A stretch of DNA of 63,471 nucleotides. Origin: Octopus sinensis. Taxonomy: Eukaryota. A model generated the notes under the pieces. The model made no database searches, had not been told where the DNA came from, and saw nothing but the letters and a program-made list of their open reading frames with translations. A program made the position numbers and the translations under genes. Location of the stretch: assembly GCF_006345805.1 (NCBI RefSeq), contig NW_021831823.1:1-63471 (forward strand), given 5' to 3'. Below are positions 52,517-63,471 of this stretch, piece after piece. Every line of letters begins with the position of its first letter. The stretch's first letter is position 1.

Positions 52517-54136
52517 ATGGCTGTGCCTCGTCAGTCGTACACGTTGTACATAGGGGATATAGACATAAATGTGTCATCAAATGAGCTGGAAAGTAGACTA
52601 AAGATGATCGATGGATTTGTGGAAGTGAAGGTGAGGTATTCAAAGAAGAAGCACAACACGAAATACGCATTTGCGATCTACAACAGCACGGAGGCGGGGG
52701 ACATGGCAATAGGGCGGTACAACCACCACAAAATAAACGGGATGCCGATCCGAGTGATGTGGGCACGTCCGTACAGTAAAATGGAGGACTGGAATGCGGG
52801 AAACGTGTTCGTGAAAGGACTGCCGAAGTACTTGGAGTCGAGTTCGTTCGGAGAACTGTTTTCTCTGTTCGGGCCGATCGTGTCGTTCAAAGTAAGAGTG
52901 TAGAGTGAGTGGTAGATAACGCACAACAAAGAGGGGGAGTCGTTGGGGTACGGCTATGTCCAGTTCGAGGCAGAAAAGGACGCCAAGTTGGCCTGTCTGA
53001 CGATGGACAACCACCGAATCGGGGACTGCAAACTGTGCCCTTCCATTCCTCACTCCCAGGAGTTGTCAGCCATTCACCAAACGGGAAAACAGACACCGCA
53101 ATCTGAATGTGAAGGTGGTGGGCTTCCGGGAGTGGGACGACAGCACTCTCCGCCAACACTTTTCCCCCTATGGAGACATCCAGAGCACGAGGGTAGCCTC
53201 CCTTCCCACATTCAGGTGTTCGACCACTATGCATTCGTCGCCTTCACCCACGAGGCCTCCGCCCAGAACGTCAGTCCTCCTCACCACCCTAGGCCGTCGC
53301 ACAACTTAACGGCCAAGAGGTCGCCGGGTTCACTCTCCGCGTCACTCCACACTTCAACAAACTGTCCCGCGACCTCCACCTCCGCAGTCTCCAAAAGGAC
53401 CCCGCCTCCACCACCAATTTGTACGTCAAGAACTTTGACCGCGATACCCCCGACGAACAGTTGGTCGCCCTTTTCACTGCTTTCGGCCAGTTGCGCAACT
53501 TCAAGGTCCCCTCTTCCACTCATCCCAGTTCGAGAAGGACAACGGAGTCCACCGCGGATTCGGCTACATCAACTTCCGCGACCACCAAAGTGCCATCAAC
53601 GCCGTCACTCAACTCCACGGAACTGACAAGTTCGCCAAAAAGGGCAAAAAGTTGTACGTCGACTTCTTCAAGTACCGAGCCGACAGACCACCACCCACTG
53701 CCCCCAAACCAGACACCACTGTAATCTCCCTCTTTACTCTAGACTGTCTCCCCCGTTGTCGCCCCTCCTCGCATGATGCCCCCCGATGTCATCCAGCGGT
53801 TTAGCTATGACCACCGTCCCCCTCCCCGAATGGACATGCCACGGCATATGGGTGTGTCCTTCTTCTCATTCCTCAGCTCAGTATTCTCTCCAAATGGACC
53901 CTCGCCACCGTTTTCAGATGCAGATGCAGCATGGCTTTGATATGAGGAACAGAATTGTTTATCTTCTCAAGAATTCGGACAGATTCAAACATTTGGGCGA
54001 CGATGATATGCGCAGGTTATTCGAATCTATTTCCGTCGACCGACTGTTCCAGTTTATCGACATGAAACAACTCAGTGAATTTGTATTCCTCACTCACTCA
54101 TCCTCCTAGGTTGATAAGGAGTTGGGTCGACATTAA
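52517..54136 (+). CDS. Poly(A)-binding-protein-like, four RRMs, divergent
   Basis: TLYIGDI...INGMPIRVMW, GNVFVKGL...SLGYGYVQFE, RRM3 YAFVAF, TNLYVKNF...RGFGYINF, Pro-rich linker; 8 introns of 22-27 nt. Confidence 0.85.
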
Positions 54137-54468
54137 CTTTTCTTCTTTTTCTGTTTTCATTAAATTAGTGGTTTATTAATAAGGACTATTCAATTAATCT
54201 CAATTAAGTTCATAATTTGTCTGATTAGGTTCATAAATAGAAAATAGAAATTCATTTTGTTTATTTAGTTATTAATAAATATTTCGTACTGCTTTTAAGA
54301 GGAAGGAAAGATTATATATTTCATGCATGTTCTACTACATGTTCCCAATGTTTTGTGAAGTTTTATCTGACGACTTCTCATTATAATGACAAAGGGATAG
54401 ATTTTTCCATAATTTTGATTTCTGAATTAATTTTCATTAGAGGAAGGCATTATATTGCCGATGTTAAA

Positions 54469-54640
54469 TTGAAAATTGTTTTTATGTTTATGTTTTTTAT
54501 GTATAAAGTTATGTATGAATTTTGAAAGTTGTTTTTATGTTTATGTTTTTTATGTATAAAGTTATGTATGAATTTTGAAAGTTGTTTTTATGTTTATGTT
54601 TTTTATGTATAAAGTTATGTATGAATTTTGAAAATTGTTT
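54469..54640. repeat. Tandem repeat, 53-bp unit, about 3.2 copies
   Basis: Unit TTGAAAGTTGTTTTTATGTTTATGTTTTTTATGTATAAAGTTATGTATGAATT. Confidence 0.92.
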
Positions 54641-55509
54641 TGTAAATATTTTGATATTGTGTATTTCTGTTTTATAGATCGTCCAATCCATCCACAGTCT
54701 GTCCATCTTTTCCCTGTCATTCAATGTCGCGCCTCAAAAAGTAAATTATTTTAGAACATATCCTAAGTTGTTTCTAAAATGCGTTTATATATTAATTTTA
54801 AACTAGAAATCGATAAACTCAAATTAAATTAGTTTTAATTACCTCCTATTGTTTGTGCTAAAGAGGACGCAGGAGAGTATGCTCACTGAACATAAACAAG
54901 GAATTAAGGTAAACGACAAAAAAGACGCCTTTGTCGCCAATCAAGTCAGAGGTGCAATGCTGAGAAGAAACACAGCTGAACAAAAACCTTGACACAATAA
55001 TGGAAAAGCAAAGGAAGTTTGTGGAAAACTTTTCTTTCAAGGAAGGGAAGGAAATCACTGACGATCTGGACTTAATTAGATAATTTAGTTGACCATAGTT
55101 AATCGATTCCAATTAAATACTTTGGAATTACTTCCTGTTTATATCTAATCTATAAACATTCGAAAAAGAAATTTCGTAATTGGTGATTTGGTTTAAATCA
55201 AAAAAATTATATTGAATCTTAATAAATAAATGAAGCTCCTTTTCCACTGAGAAAAAGAGAGGTGCTGGTTTCAGGCCACGAAAGAATGAGTATTTATTTA
55301 TCACTCCTTAAATAAGGAATACGGAAATTTGCAGAGAGATTCATTATCGTCCCTACTATTTGTTATGGTAATAGATCTTCTAAGCAAGATTCTTAACTCC
55401 GTGATTAAACAGAAGAATAGGGCGGAGGTTGTCAAAAACAGCATCGGGAGGACCAAAAAATAGTTGCGTCATTTAAATACAAATTGTTAATAGGGGTTAG
55501 AACAAAGTA

Positions 55510-56040
55510 AGCGATACAATTAACGTCCAAGACGAAAAGCACGGGGCCCAGGGGATTACCCTGGTGGCCCCGGTCGACGAGAAAATAGGAACATCGTGGA
55601 ACATAAGGATTCTTGGGTTGTCTATGACAGATGCACGAGAGGGCATGCGAAAGGAACCATTTCGCGGTAACACTTTAGTAAGTGATTACGTCTGATAGAA
55701 TTGAAGGCGTTCGAAACGTCCAGTTTAACTATGATAAACGGCTCGAGAAATTCCATTAATTTTCGATGGTAAAAACTTTGTAAAAAAACAGGGAACAATA
55801 GCATTACAAAGTATCTTAGCAGAGGGCCTCCGAAAAATATTTCCTACGGCGATAGGTCTCACACCGTTGTTTTTTTAAGGACAGTAAAGCGTAATAATCT
55901 TCGTCTAGCTTCAGCGGTAATGGGAGATGTTAGGTCTTTTAGATGACCAGGCCTCAAGCCATCTACTCCACCGCTGAAAAGTTCATCAGGGCTTTCAGTA
56001 CGAGAGCCGCAAAGACAACAAAGAGATTGACAGCAAGGGT
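55510..56040 (-). mobile_element. CRE-clade RT remnant
   Basis: GGVDGLRPGHLKDL, RPIAVGNIFRR, VKLDVSNAFNSIRR, QGNPL. Confidence 0.8.
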
Positions 56041-56639
56041 TAATTAGCATTTGTTATTGTTAATAATTGACTTTAGTTAACTTTGATGTAATAGATATTT
56101 TTATTTTGACGAAAATTGAGATTTATGTTCACTTTCAGGCTCGATCATCAGCTCGGACTTATAAATAAAATTCGTCATTTTGCTGAATAATAAGTGATTT
56201 AGGTATTTCTTTCATATCTATTATTCCCAATTAATTTTAAAAAATTGACATCTCATCACATACGGACTCGTATGGAATGGATCTCCGGTTGGGATGTCTC
56301 CCTTTCTAGTCTTATTCAACTACACGTCAATAAAAAGAAAATATGAGACAAAAGTAATTCATAGACTTTATAACTCGGAATTAATTAAAAATAATTAACT
56401 TTTTTCTTCTCTCATGATCTTAAAAAATTGTGTGCCTGGCGCAAGTGAAGACTCAAATATATACGTACTTCTGCCTTCATTGTGTTTGATCAGTGAACTT
56501 AGTTCACCTTATTGACACTATAATTGGGGTTAGCACTAAAAGAGACACTTTGGTGGCACTAAAATAATTACGTTATCCTAATGTCACACACCCGGATGTT
56601 TGTTGAAGATGTACAACTTACTGAAAATCATCCTTGAAG

Positions 56640-56900
56640 CGCAAGACGTGGATAATTCGATAATTAAAAGTTCCGACTAAAAAAAGAAAGCTGAAAATTG
56701 CATTTTTTGACAAAAAGCTATATCTGCGATATACTAATCGACTCCAAAAACTTATTGTAGCTTTAACAAGTACAGAAGAAATGAAAATCATTGCTCAAGG
56801 AATCCATGAAACAGACCATTATGGGCATAATGCTCTGAATGCACTTTGCAGAAGGAGATTTTTTGTAATCAAGCAAAACATCATTTGTCAAATCGTAATT
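56640..56900 (+). mobile_element. Ginger-like integrase HHCC remnant
   Basis: IAQGIHETDHYGHNAL...FFVIKQNIICQIV parallels the 26342-26539 ORF. Confidence 0.5.
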
Positions 56901-56909
56901 TTGTTTATT

Positions 56910-59200
56910 TAGAGGAACATCCTAAATAAAACGGGAAAGGAAAGAGAAAGGCTAAACCGCTTAAGACCAATCATACTATTCACCTCACTGCGCAAAATCT
57001 TATCGCTAATCGCCCTGCAAAAAATAAAAACTCAGTACATAAATATATTAAAGCTAGCCAAAGTGAATTCCAATGCCGTTTAGAGGCACAAATGGATCTG
57101 TGAATCATATCAAAAATATAAAGAAGAGTACAAAGTAATGAGAATCGACCTATCTAACACATTTGACTCAATTAGCTGAGTCAAGATGATAAAAATATTA
57201 ACACCCCGTCCGAGCAAGATTTATTTAGTTGGGAAAACAGAAATACGGAGTACAGTCCGACCTCTAAATGGGGCACTAAGTGCCTCAAATCAGAGGTTTC
57301 CCCAAAAAAGAGGTTTTTCAAAAAGCTCAATAAATAAAGAAAAAGAACATTATTTTTTAAATAATCAGTTAATTTTTTCCATATTTATATTTATTTTTAA
57401 TTCCTAACGACACTTTCTTTCTGAATTCATAAAAATCATGAAGAGAATCTGGAATCAAATCAAATATGTTTGTCTCTAAGTTTTCCATCAAACTTAAAAT
57501 TTGTGATATTGATGGTTCGCAGCTTATATATTCTCATAGATATTTGGATCATTATCTTGTATTTCATCAAAACATTCATCAATAACATTATTAAATATTT
57601 CTTCAGATGATTCATTTATGCAACTCGAGTCTGATGGAGATTGTCGAAAAACCTTTTGCCAGCAGTTATAAATGAGATTATTGTTACCACTTGCCGCAAA
57701 TTTAATTTGGATAAAGACTCTATAAACAAATCCTGGTCGTCTTGAAAACATAAAAAATCAATTAGACAATTCAAATAATTATCCTTGAAATTTTTAATGA
57801 TTCCAGCATCCAATGGTTGAAGTATTGGTGTCGTATTTTTTGGTAAAAATAAAAAATCAACGTTGCTAAATGTCGATATTTTGTGGCAAGCAGCGTTATC
57901 TAATAACATTAAGATTTTTCTTTTTTGAATAATCATTTTTTCATTAATTTTTTTGAGCCAGGATATAAAAATGTCTCTTGTCATCCACGCATTTTTGGAC
58001 GAAGAGTATAAAATTCCATAAATTTCGGGAGAAAATTTTTGAAACATCTAGGATTTCTATATTTTCCGATTATTAATGGTTCAAATTTTTCTCCAGTGTA
58101 ACTACAGCATAGATGAAGAGTAACTTTATCTTTACTCATTTTAAAGCCCCGTGCCGAATCACCAGTTTTCACGAATGATTTACGTGGGGTAAGTTTGATA
58201 AAAAGAGAAGTTTCGTCACAATTAAAAATGTTCTCCTTTTCATATTGTTCAACTTTGATATTTAATTCTGATAAAAAATTCAAAATTATCGCATGATCAG
58301 CAGATGCGGATTCGCCTGACAATGTTCGGAATTTTAATTCATGCCTCTGCTTGAATTTTTCTAACCATCCATTTGAAGCTTTAAACTTGTTTAAGCCCAT
58401 TCTCGAAGAAACAGTTAGGGAAATTTTTTTTAAAAGAGTTCCAGAAACTGGAACATTCTGATCCCTTAGACGCTGAAGAATATCAAGGACTTTTTCATCA
58501 AATCCGTTTTATTTTCACTTAATGATGAGGAAAGAAATCCTTTTTTGATAAATGGAAGAATATTCTTTTTTATACGAAAAATAGTTCCCTTGCTAGTATT
58601 GTACATTATGGATAATCTCCTCTCAGAATGTTCTTTCTTTAAAAGATGATCAGCAATCTTCAACTTGGTTTCATAATTCAAAGGCATTACACAAGAAATT
58701 TGAAATGAAACGTGTCTTAAAATATTTATTTTTTAAATTGGTATAATTAATTTTATTTAATAAAAAATCAATGCCCCAAATAGAGATGTTAAAATTAATT
58801 GATTTTTTATAATTTGGTTAAAAAAATTTATAATGCCCCAAAACAGAGTTTTCCCCAAAAAAGAGGTGCCCCACCCCTGGAGGTGCGCCCCAATTAGAGG
58901 TCGGACTGTATTTGGAACAAACAAGGACACCCTCCAAGAAACGCCCTCTCCCGATTTTGTTCATCACATATCTGGAGGAATCGCTACGAGACGCCAGGAG
59001 TAATAGATCACGACAACAGACCACCAATTAGGAGGTATTAAGGATAAATTAGGCAACACATTTGGAAAAACATTTATAAAATTAACGCTAAAAATAGAAT
59101 ATAATAGTAGGCGATGGCAAACAACAAAACGAAGAAAAATGGAGACATACAAACAAACTTGGCACTCTATTAGGAAATACAGAGGGCATACTGCGAAGAA
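56910..59200 (+). mobile_element. RTE-like LINE RT remnant interrupted by a Tigger element
   Basis: LRPIILFTSLRKILS and IDLSNTFDSI before 57253; T.Q..ALSPILFITYLE after 58908. Confidence 0.65.
57253..58908 (-). mobile_element. Full-length Tigger/pogo element, frameshifted transposase
   Basis: TIR CAGTCCGACCTCTAA.TGGGGC with TA flanks; FKASNGWLEKFKQRH, FNCDETSLF, LLDNAACH, LQPLDAGII. Confidence 0.93.
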
Positions 59201-59637
59201 AAGCACTTTTCGCAATTAAAAGACTAAACAACGTATGATTATTTGATAAACAAATTCCTACTTTTTAAAGATAAAATTATTCGTAAAACCTCTCAGTGTA
59301 AAACTTCTCTACCTGGGCACTCATAATGCATGAAATGGAAAGTCCAAGATTTTTTAATAGAATGGATCTCGAATACATTTTAAGAATATTACGACCAAAG
59401 CACATTTAATTCATAGATATTAATTGGAAGTGGATGCACTCCACCAACCGTGGAGGGTGGTCACTCTATCGAAGGGGTTCCCTGACTTGAAGCAGGATGT
59501 ATTACTCTACTTATTTCTACCCTTATTTCCGGCCGAGGGGTCCTCTTCGTGCGGCATATCAAAAGTACTAATCGGCACATGAAAGCAATCACTCCCATAT
59601 GAATATTTATTAATCATATTTTGTTTATTAATAATAC

Positions 59638-60447
59638 ATGCACGTTAACTACTGGTTTATATTGACTTGATGGCGCAGGGGCTACGGATTCGAGCAAGTG
59701 CCCACACAACTCAGTCCTGACCTACGAGTGATATCCCTCAGGCACGCCTACTAATCCTCAATTGATAGTTGTAATAGAATAAGCAGTATAGCCCAGTTGG
59801 CCACATATCCCAACCTCAGGGAATATTCCTCCGCAATAATTCAATATCCGACCTCACTCAAATTCGTCACCATCCGAGGACTCCCCAATCTCGAGAAGTT
59901 GTCCCTCCTGGGTATATTCCTCTGCTCACTCAAGGCAACCCTGTGCTGAGAAAGGCTGTATCGGGCCACTGTCATCCGCAATCTCCCTTCCCTGGTTCGA
60001 CTGGACGATATAAGTAATTCTCCACCACATTGCTAGCAATCACCCCCATCGAGAAGACGTTGGCTAACTCGGCCGGCCTGTCCTATGCAGTCATTCCCGA
60101 CCCACCACTCATCCCATCCACTGACTCGACCGAGTCCCTCACGCTTAACCAAATTGAACTGTGTTTGAATGATTTGACTGCCACTGAGGAAACAACACTG
60201 TCTGTAGAGCCACCAAAGTAGTGTCACATGTCAGTGTTTTGAGGGCTCAGTCGAACATTGACCCGTTGGTGATCGAGAACGAGCCTTTCGTGGAGTCGGT
60301 CGTGAGGGAGACGAGAAGTAGTGAGGAGGTGATGGGTGTGTGTGTCATTTCCAGTATTCGTCCACGCTCTCTGCAATATTGTTGCTGTTGAAACAGATTC
60401 CCCCTCATGAACTGAGCATTTTGAGGGATAAAATAAACAATATGTGA
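59638..60447 (+). CDS. CFAP410: Cilia- and flagella-associated LRR protein CFAP410 (C21orf2)-like, with several apparent 1-nt indels
   Basis: VNYW|G, VISLS|CNRISS, FLRNNSI, GLPNLEKLSLLG|NP, YRATVIRNLPSLVRLDD, C-terminal TLSAILLLLKQI. Confidence 0.78.
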
Positions 60448-60979
60448 CTTTATAATATATGCTTGATTAATTGGCAGAGGAGTATGCCTCATCCATTAAA
60501 TATGCAAGCTTTATCTTTGGAAGGGAAGCAGACCTTGCTTATAATAGTAACTATTGACTGCTCCATACAGATCATACATTTTAAGGAATAAACTAGCACG
60601 GAGATTTTGTCACTACGTCTCTTTTATTGACGATTGCGATTTTTGTATTTTTTATAGACTTTGTTTTCATTATGATTTCAAATCTGAACAAATTACACAG
60701 CTATAATTGAATGAATTTTCATTCTGAATAGGAAGCTACCATAAAATGTGCAGGAAGAATGTTGAATCTTTGTAAAAAAGTAGATCTGGCTAATTGATTA
60801 TCAATTAAGCAATTAATAAGATATGTTGGCACTCTACCGATCAATCATAACCTGCCAAATCCAATATAATTAATGGATATGTGGCATGAAAATGATTAAC
60901 CAATTAAGCAAAGTGGTCTGCCAAATATGATGAGAAACTGTTAGTGAGACACAAAGGAAAGAACATTAAATAAATTAGA

Positions 60980-63471
60980 CTAAAGATTCTCGAGAATGTA
61001 GCGAAGGACAGCGGCGGCGGCGAGTGCTGCATATGGCTGCCACATCTCGTTGTGAGTGCCGTCGACATAGTCGGATATTCCGCGAATGAAGAGAAAACTG
61101 TCGACACAATTGCCGTGAATGGACTCGGTGACTTGGTCATATTCGTCATCGAAGGCAATCACGCCCGTCTTTTCGACGAACTGTGCCTTCAAATGGTCAT
61201 CGGTGTGGAGATATCGACCTGCCCCGACAGTGCCGAGACAAATGCGAGGGCGAGGAAGTGGATGTGTTCGTCGGTAGAATGGGTCGGTGAAAGGAGGAGG
61301 GCGATGGAAGTCGTATGAGGTATCAGAGAGAAGGGCCTGTCCGTGAGTGATGTAGTCCTCAAAGTGAGGAGTGTGTAGACTTGCAGCGAGTTGATGGAGT
61401 GTCTGGAATAGTGAGAGTAGGATACAGGATTGAGGGAAGCCCATCGTTTGACAGTGTAGGACACAGAGTGGTCGTGTTGAGTGGCAAAGTTGGTGGCCAT
61501 GTAGTAGAGTGAGTTGTCGTGGGCGGGGTGTGAGACGACGACGTCGCCCAAGCGGACATGCGAGGAGGTGACAGCGCCACCCAAGCCGAGAATGAAGACG
61601 TGTTGAATGTGGGGGAAAGTGCCGAGGAGGCGAGTGGTGGCATTGCCGATGGAGATGGCGGAGGCTTGTGAGTATCCGTGGGAGAACTTGGTGGACACAA
61701 CTCGGTGGTGGCCAATGCGGCCGAGGGTGTAGACGGAGGACTCCCCTCCCAACTTGTACTTGAGGTATGTGGAGATGTCCGTCATGAGAACGTCGATGGC
61801 CACCTTGCAGACGTAGTGGGCGGTGAAGATGGCAATGGTGGGGTCGCCCTGCACATCTCCCTTCGTGACGTACTTGTCTACACATATAGTGAGAGAGCAC
61901 CTGCAATGGAGGATGCCCGCCTGAAGACGTGCGTGTCCACTTGGGCCACTTGCTGCCGGTCGATGAGTGTGTGGAGAATGTGCAGTACGTGTGCCTCACT
62001 CAATTTGGTATCCGTGCAGACGGAGAGGAGAGTGGCACTGTTCGGGTAGGCGGCCTCCAGCACTCGCAACACTTGTTCGTAGTCCTGCGTGGACAGACAA
62101 GGTTGGTAGTAGTACACGTCGTCCTCACAGTACACTTGGTCCCTCAGACGCCCCAACGTGTCCAGGGGCACTCCCAACTCAGTGGCAGACATTCCCTTCG
62201 GGTAGCAGTCGGCCAGCAAAGACAGCACTCTTCTCAGGTCCTGCCCCCCGTAGTAGTACAGCTTGCCCACCAACTCGACCGACTCCCCTTCCAAGTGACG
62301 GAGAATGTCCTTGACCAACACCTCTGACTGGATCCCCACTTTGTCCGCAATTTCAGTGAGAGTGGCCCCCCCACACGTCCTGAGAACACGGATAATCTCC
62401 TGACAGTCCTCTACCACTCATCACACTCAACACCCTCAAAGTTCCGCGAATAGTACTTGTCCTCACAAGTCTTGACAAACCCCCGGGCAGTCAGGTGGGC
62501 GAGTGCCTTATTCACCACCACTTGTGCCAGTCCGCAGTCGATCTGGGTGGGGGACAGTCCGCGGGGGGACACACTCTCCAATGCTCGGAGGACTGTGGCA
62601 ATGTCCGCGTCACTGCATCGACTGTCCATGTAGTAGTCCGTCCCCCGCCTGACTACCAGGTTGTCGGCCACCAGACTGTCCACTGTCAATTGAGTGTAGA
62701 ACTCCCCCTCTTCCAGTGCCCTACCACTCACACACTCACATACGTGCACAATTCCTTCAGACACACTCCACTCTTGCATGAAAGGGCGGACAGCACTCTC
62801 TCCCTCCCCCTCTCCGTCACTGCTCTCCTCCTGTATATCCCCTCTGAACACACAATGTCTCCACACATGGCCATCGACGACAGGATGGCGGCCACCGAGG
62901 TCACTGGAATGTTGGTGGCACTGCAATCAGCATGCACAGTACTTGGCGATGGTCTCCGGGTGGTATGTCCCCTTCTCCAGCAGTGCTGACCGGACAAGCT
63001 CGTAGTCCTGCTCAGTGAAGGAATGGGCGAGGTTGTACATGTCCTCACTGTTGAGGACATCTCCCTTCTCCTCCAGGAGGTGGAGGGAGGAGAGGACGAC
63101 AATCTCCGGGAGGTGTGAATAGTCCATGATTTGAGTGGGAGTGATCCCCCTCGGGTGTGCCTGCTGCACTGCCTCCAACACGAGTTGTATTTCCTGGTCC
63201 TCCAATCTGCGTATGTAGTACTGTCCTCCCTTCTCGACAATATACCCCTCCCCCACCCCACACTTCAACACCTCCTCTCCCATCGACAGTTGATGGAATA
63301 TGTCTTGGGCGGACAATCCTCTGGGGTGAATGTCCTCCAACAGTTGGAGGAGTGGGGCCAAGTCCACCCTCAGGACGTACTCCTCCCCCACACACTCCAC
63401 CAACTGGTGGTCAATCAAGTAGGCGAGGCAGCCCATCACCTCCTCACGACCCACCATCAACTCCCCCACCA
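60980..63471 (-). CDS. Tandem winged-helix repeat protein with a C-terminal PNP/nucleoside phosphorylase (PNP_UDP_1-like) domain; 5' end outside the window
   Basis: Five 22-23-nt introns join the ORFs; PTIAIFTA...KVAID, GESSVYTLGRIG, TTRLLGTF, LGLGGAV, VRLGDVVVS, IRGISDYVD...WQPYAALAAAA; upstream repeats of about 50-60 aa (VL..LE..YP.G....I...L..L...V....YY). Confidence 0.85.

Noticed and set aside
54469-54640. Direct repeats as a CRISPR array
   Set aside because: Head-to-tail 53-bp units with no spacers, in a eukaryotic context.
60980-61999. The 339-aa His/Pro-rich ORF and other long overlapping or antisense ORFs in GC-rich genes (e.g. 47638-48531, 52943-53626)
   Set aside because: They are chimeras of true exons and off-frame sequence caused by micro-introns and stop-poor skewed composition.
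62924-62929. Abutting in-frame ORFs separated by TGA, suggesting stop-codon readthrough or an alternative genetic code
   Set aside because: The TGA lies inside a 22-nt GT-AG intron; all reconstructed genes read with the standard code and use TAA, TAG and TGA as stops.

Overview
Eukaryotic, AT-rich genomic DNA from a highly compacted animal genome. GC-rich host genes are broken by roughly 60 inferred spliceosomal micro-introns, nearly all about 22-28 nt, which is why the ORF track is fragmented. Host genes reconstructed by manual splicing: GH47 alpha-1,2-mannosidase, USP6NL-like TBC Rab-GAP, MORN2, myosin essential light chain, a class A GPCR, Lgl, an adhesion GPCR, RPS26, USP36/42, a PABP-like 4-RRM protein, CFAP410, and a protein with at least 9 tandem winged-helix units fused to a PNP/nucleoside-phosphorylase domain (5' end outside the window). 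There is also one tRNA-Gly(TCC). Between gene clusters lie many decayed transposons: Tigger/pogo, Tc1, Buster-type hAT, CGGBP-like hAT, Ginger-like integrase elements, Helitron, CRE, RTE-like and R4-like non-LTR elements, including a 9.2 kb nest of about nine elements. Ciliary genes, GPCRs and micro-introns are consistent with a dicyemid-like mesozoan parasite; this is inference only. The most notable observations are the winged-helix array/PNP fusion, micro-introns lacking a polypyrimidine tract (two with non-AG acceptors), sub-kilobase GC-skew flips inside genes, and operon-like gene packing. All family assignments come from motif recognition by eye, not database searches, and some local indels look like assembly errors.
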